A DNA stretch of 64,000 bases from Ascidiella aspersa (Eukaryota). Position 1 is the stretch's first letter. Each line of letters begins with the position of its first letter. The position numbers and the translations under genes were made by a program. The notes beneath the pieces were generated by a model. That model made no database searches and was not told the DNA's origin. It saw only the letters and a program-made list of their open reading frames with translations. The DNA lies in NCBI GenBank assembly GCA_963924565.1, contig OZ004607.1, forward strand, positions 24,304,001 to 24,368,000. The letters run 5' to 3'. Below, one piece after another: positions 54,901-60,900 of the stretch.

Positions 54901-57900
54901 TTCTGTTTGACGCCGCGGATTCGGTCGGCTCTTTGTCGCGCCTGTCCTTCGCCGATCTGAAGGAGAACATCTTCGAGCCGGACGGTTCGATCGTGTTCGG
55001 TCAGTGGCGATCGCCAGCGGAGAACAAACCGCCATTCGTAATGTGGCTCGATGAGGTGCGAGTCTGGAACGTGGAACTGTCCAAGAGCGAAGTGCAGGGC
55101 AACATGCGTAAAGTGATCGAACCGTTTGAAAAGAACCTCGCCAGTCTGTGGACCTTCGCTACTGGTAATTTATCATGACAATTTAAGTTTGTTGTTTTTC
55201 CCTTTACTGATTACTTTCTATCTGTTGTTGTCCCATACTTCAATCGTATACAGTTTAAGGAGTACGTATGCTTATAAGGCAATAGTTAATAACGGTTTAG
55301 TAATCACCCTCTAATCATCCCCCGAAATGCAACCAACTCATATAAGGAAGGGCCCTAAAAACTGCCGCACACCCTTCAAACAGTAATCTTATGACAAATG
55401 TTAGGAAATTCTCCGAGATTCAGTGGTAAAATCAATGTTATTACAGCAAAGCTAGACTGGATGCATACATTCTTTACTCTTACTTCAACGTCTACTTATA
55501 GGTCAAGGAGAAATCGCCAAGGACTACGTTTCGGGCAACGACTTCAACATAATGGGTCGTGGTCGACCGCGTCCTGTGTGGACACGCTGCTCGCGTGAGC
55601 GCCTTGTCGAAGGGATGCAAATCAACGACGAGATCAACCCCAATACGAACGAAACCTTGGCCTCCGACGTTAGGTCTACATGCCAGGCCATGATTTACAG
55701 CCAGCAGTTGAACGACAGTTGTAGCAGCCTGGGCGCCGGCGTCGCGATGTACTTCTACCAGACTTGCGTGTCGGACTGCATGGGCGACGGTGGTCTGCGA
55801 CTGGCTTCTTCCTCTGTGGTGGCGTTTGCTGATTTCTGCCAGGTTGCCTTGTGTCTAACCACCTGGCCTTGTACTTCGTTGTGCGCGAGCATGCCACAGC
55901 TCATGGGATCCAGTTACCGCTGCCAGCTCTCCTACGACAATTCCTGCATTTCGGGCCAAACCAATGCCGAAGGTAAGAAACCATTGTTTTCCGGTTTGCT
56001 TTTCGTTAAACAGTCCTTGACATTACGTCACACAATAAAACGTAGTGACCTTCATGCAAGAAAAGGAAAAACTGTAAAAAAATGAAAGTTACCCCGCATG
56101 AACTGTACATTATTTAATGTATGGCGTGTAAAGTAATAATAGTTTTAGAGTTGTTAATATGCTTTATTTTTTTCTAGCAATGCGTGCTCTTTTAATTATC
56201 TATTCCTGTGCTTCTCAACCATTTTAACACAATTAAAATAGCTTAACGTCAAGTGGGAAGCGCCGGTTCAATGTACTTGAAATTCGCTACATGACAGAAA
56301 TCCAACATTAGATCCAACGGTATTTAAACTGTTCCGCCCATCCCTTCCTTGCAGGTGCCTGCGTGTGCTACAAGGGCTGGTACGGGCGCTCGTGCAGTCA
56401 ACAGTGTCCGGGTGGAGCGGCTAATGCGTGTAGCGGGGTGGGAACCTGCGACGCCGTCACCGGTCGCTGCTCGTGTCCAGTTAACTTCGACAAGTCGAGT
56501 CCCGACTGCTCGAGGTGCGCCGCCGGCTATGTGGGCTCGGATTGCAGCCTGTTTGCTGTCACCGCCAACGACACCCTTCAGCAAGTGACCTCGACCGCGT
56601 ACGGATACGGCGAGCATATCACTTTCGACGGATTGACTTATCGCCTGCCGACCGACGGCGAGTTCGTGATGCTGAATTCGACTGAACTGGGCGTTAATAT
56701 TCGCCAGGTAAAACTACTTATTCCTTGTTAGGAAGTCGGTCTGTTAAAGATTTTACAGGTTTAACACTAATGTATTTGTATAGTTATGCACAAAAAAATA
56801 TCTAAATAGTTGTCAATTTACTTATAGGTTTATACAAATTAACCGTATAGCTAGATATACGAGTGTTTCCCCAGGTTTACAATAAACTATGTGTATACCT
56901 TAGAATAACTTTTACCCGTTCAGTCGCAATATATGTTTATTTTTAGACTCGCTGGAGAAGAAGTGCTACTGATGAGCGAGAAACTCAGCAGGACCCACCT
57001 CTGTTTTCCATCAGTCAGGTTTCGATTTGCATTGGCAACTCCCAAGTTGTAATACACGTGCCTTACCCACAGACAGGCCTGCTCGAAAAGCCTTCCTCGT
57101 TTAACAGTTATGGCGAGCCAGAATACGATCCAGTGTTCTTTATAGACGGTAAGCAAACCAACATCCAAACTGGTTTGGAATCCGGTCTCAGTTTACCAGA
57201 CGGATCCAACATCACCCGCCTCTCGACCGTCTGGGTGGAAATCGTCAAAACTCACGAGAATCAAACAACCGCCAATAAGACCAAGTGCATAGTTCGCGTT
57301 TGCGTCAAGTCAACATTGCTCAACGTGTTTGTTACCATTGACAAGCCGGATAGGTACGGTGGACCCGCAGGTGCTGGAATACTCGACATACTTTCGCCTG
57401 GCCTAAGTGGAACACCTGACGATGACATTAACAACGACATCGTAGGACTAAATGGCGCTTACGTATGTGCGAGCTGTGCTTCGCAAACAGTAATTCTTAA
57501 CGACTTCAGTCAAGTGACTTCAATCAGCACGCATCCACATTCCACCTTCGTGTATCAGTATGGACCATATTACGAACCACGAGTCGGTACTGACGGTGGC
57601 AATTGCTTGTACTTTGGTCGTTTCGATGAGTTGGCCTCATGCAACCAAACATGCCGTGAAAAGGGTTACTTGAATGTCGAATTGGAACTGTCAGGATCGC
57701 TAGTTAGTCAGACAGACGACGTTGCCTTCGAATGCTACGTGAAATTGGCCCAATCCGGTTTCGGCGTTATTCTTTCATACCGGCCTCCACAAAGCGCAAC
57801 TGATCAGACCGGCTTTGATCTTGCTTGCGTCAACAACACGCTGGTTCTAGGCTGCGGCGGAACTTGGCTCGACACAGGAATAACGGTTTCAAGCTCAGAT

Positions 57901-60900
57901 GTTTTCCTCAATTGGGGACTGGTCGTTGTCAATTGTCAACGCGGTACGGGCGACGTTTGGATCAATTACGTCGCTTCAAGCGGATCCGTGTTTATTGGAA
58001 GAAAAATATCCGCTTCCGAGATCCGCGGGGCCGTAAACCTAATCGGCGGAGGTTCGTTGTGGTTCTTGCCTGGTGGAAACGTCACCCTTGGAGGAGCAAC
58101 TTTCTGGTCTGAAAACATCACCGGTTCAGTCGGCAATTCAGGATATTTGCTCCCATTCGTTGGCAGCATTGATGAGTGTCATTTATGGCGACGCACATTC
58201 ACTCGAACCGAATGCCAGCAGAACTTTGGGATCAAGTTTGGCGCGCAATCCTCTGTAGATGATAAGTCGCTCGCCGGAGTCTGGACTTTTGACGAAGGAG
58301 CTGGAGCAGTTTGCAAATGTTCCGCGACAGGTAACTCGCTCTTTTTCGAAGCTTCATAAGCATTAATTAACTTGTTAGTTTAAACCTAACTAACCAAAGC
58401 TATTTAAAGCTAGTTATATATAATCAGTCTGTGTTGCATTAATAACCAAACAATTCTCATTGTTTAGGATGTCCTGACATCCATATCTCGTACACGAACT
58501 CTAGAGGTGGTTCCGGAGGCTCTGGTGGTTCAGGAGGTTCAGGAGGTTCAGGAGGAACTGGCGGAAGCGGCGGATCCGGAGGAACCGGAGGCGGCTCTGG
58601 TGGGACCGGAGGCAGCTCTGGAGGTTCCGGAAGTGGTAGCGATTTATCTTCTGGCGTATATTGGACTCACTCGGATGCTCCGGTTGTAAAAGTTATCGCA
58701 GATCCGATTTCTCCTGACGACTGCGGATGTGAAGGGTGGGTAACTGCACTCTACAGAACAACGATTACTATTTGTTTTGTTTGTAATCACTTTGGAATAA
58801 CAGTTTAGAAAACAAAGTTAGTATACCACTATTAAACCTATTTATTTTCAATTAATAAAGTTATTTTTTTAAATACTTAAAAGTACGTTAAGATTTAACT
58901 TAAATATATATTATACATACCTTTCAAAACAGGCTAAAATGTAAGTCTAAGAGCCTATAACATATATTACAGATAAATTATTTAGGCTTGTGTATTAATC
59001 GGACGACAGGTGTACAGCATGGCTTTAATACTGCAGGGTCATGGAAAAGTCAAGAGATAGTGATTTCTTGTCAGATTATAAGGGCACTTTGTTTTTCAGG
59101 TCAATCAACATAGGGTTCAAAGCAATTACGGACTTCAACCAATTTAGGTTACGCGAGTGTGCTTACTTTCACAGACTTCCGTATTCACCGGTCTTGGTCT
59201 TCTGCAACAACGACACCACGTGGGCGAAGGAAGCCTGCGAGAGCGCCCTGACACCGATGATGAACAATCCATTTTGCAAAGAGGGTCTCGGCGAGAACCA
59301 GGACATCTTCATGGAGCAGTGTATGAGAGATGTTATCGCTCACAACGACACGGCCTGTGCCGCTCAACTTGCCGATTCATATATCGCAGTTTGTCGGTAC
59401 GTTTTTACTGTTTCCTAATCTATTGGCGCTTGTTTCAACTAATTTAGGGCTTGCAAAGTATTTAAACTGGAGTTTTGATATCTTCTGGCTTGCAAAGTAT
59501 TTAAACTGGAGTTTTGATATCTTCTGGCTTGCCAAGTATTTAAACTTGAGTTTTTTTATATATTCTGTGTATAGAACTCTCAGTTGTTCGTTTCAGATTC
59601 ACACTTGACCTCCCCGACCCGTGTATTTCGAACCCGTGCCAAAACGACGGCGTGTGCGACAAGCTGGACGGGGGCACGAGCTACCAGTGCAATTGCACTT
59701 GCGGCTGGAACGGAACGAACTGCGAAAACAACATCAGTAAGTTTTGCAGCGTCATTGGATATCGCAAAAGTTGCTAACCTTCGATTTTCTTCAGACGAGT
59801 GCGAAGTGCACCTGTGTCAGAACGGCGGAGAGTGCATCGACGAAATATGCGGTTATCATTGCGTCTGCCCAGCTGGGTATGCCGGTTTCTTCTGCCAAAC
59901 ACGTAAGAAAGCATAACATACTTTTTATCTTTATGGGGGACGAAGAAAATAAGTGAGATACATTCACTACTATTTTAAGGTACTGTAAGATACCATTAGC
60001 CCAACCATTTAGCCACCAACTTTTAAGTAACATTTTGTTGGAGAGCAGTAATTTTCGCAGATTCCAGTTAACAGCTGATGTCCGTGGCCCGGATTGGTTT
60101 CTTATATTCCATAAAACTACACGTTGGATTTACGTTGTGCTGTCCGAAACCTTTGTTTTTCCCAAGGCATAAGCGGTTGGTGTGTTTTTAACCAAAACAA
60201 AATGACGTTGCAGCTTGTATGAATGCGCTCGGAATGGAATGCAACGATATTCACAACGACCAGCTTTCCGCTTCTTCCGCATTAAAATACAGGATGTGGT
60301 TCTCATCGTGGTCAGCCGACAGGGCTCGTCTTAACCATTACGGATGGTGAGTGCTAGCACTCAACTTGACTGGGTTACGAACATTGTGCAGCTACAGTAT
60401 ATTCATTGAACACTGTGTAATTTGCTAAAACGTTAATTAGTTTTATGATTTCTTGTAATAATTTATTACGAATAAGTCGTAGTCTTTACTGGTGTATTTT
60501 TTATCTTTACATTTATACTTTATTCCTATACTTATGACAACAATTTTAGACTTGTTTTTAAACATTATATACTATCTACATTTAGTAGTCATTTTGGAAG
60601 ACTCGACTGAAAATTAGAAAAGAATGCTTGACTGCTTGTGTAAATTGGCGGGTCGCATGAAATTTAGCAAATGTTGGCTTTGCGAATAGTGATAACCCGA
60701 GAAAACCAATTAGCCTAACATTTCTTGGTTGTCTAGGGCAAATGCTTGGATACCTTCTGACGACGACTGGCAGCCCTGGATCCAAGTTTCCTTCTCCGAG
60801 ACAAAACGAATAACAGCTATCGCTACTCAGGTATTAGCTACTAAATCTCTACTTTTCACTTGTGCACTGATAACTCATTTTTTTATTGACAGTATAGTTC

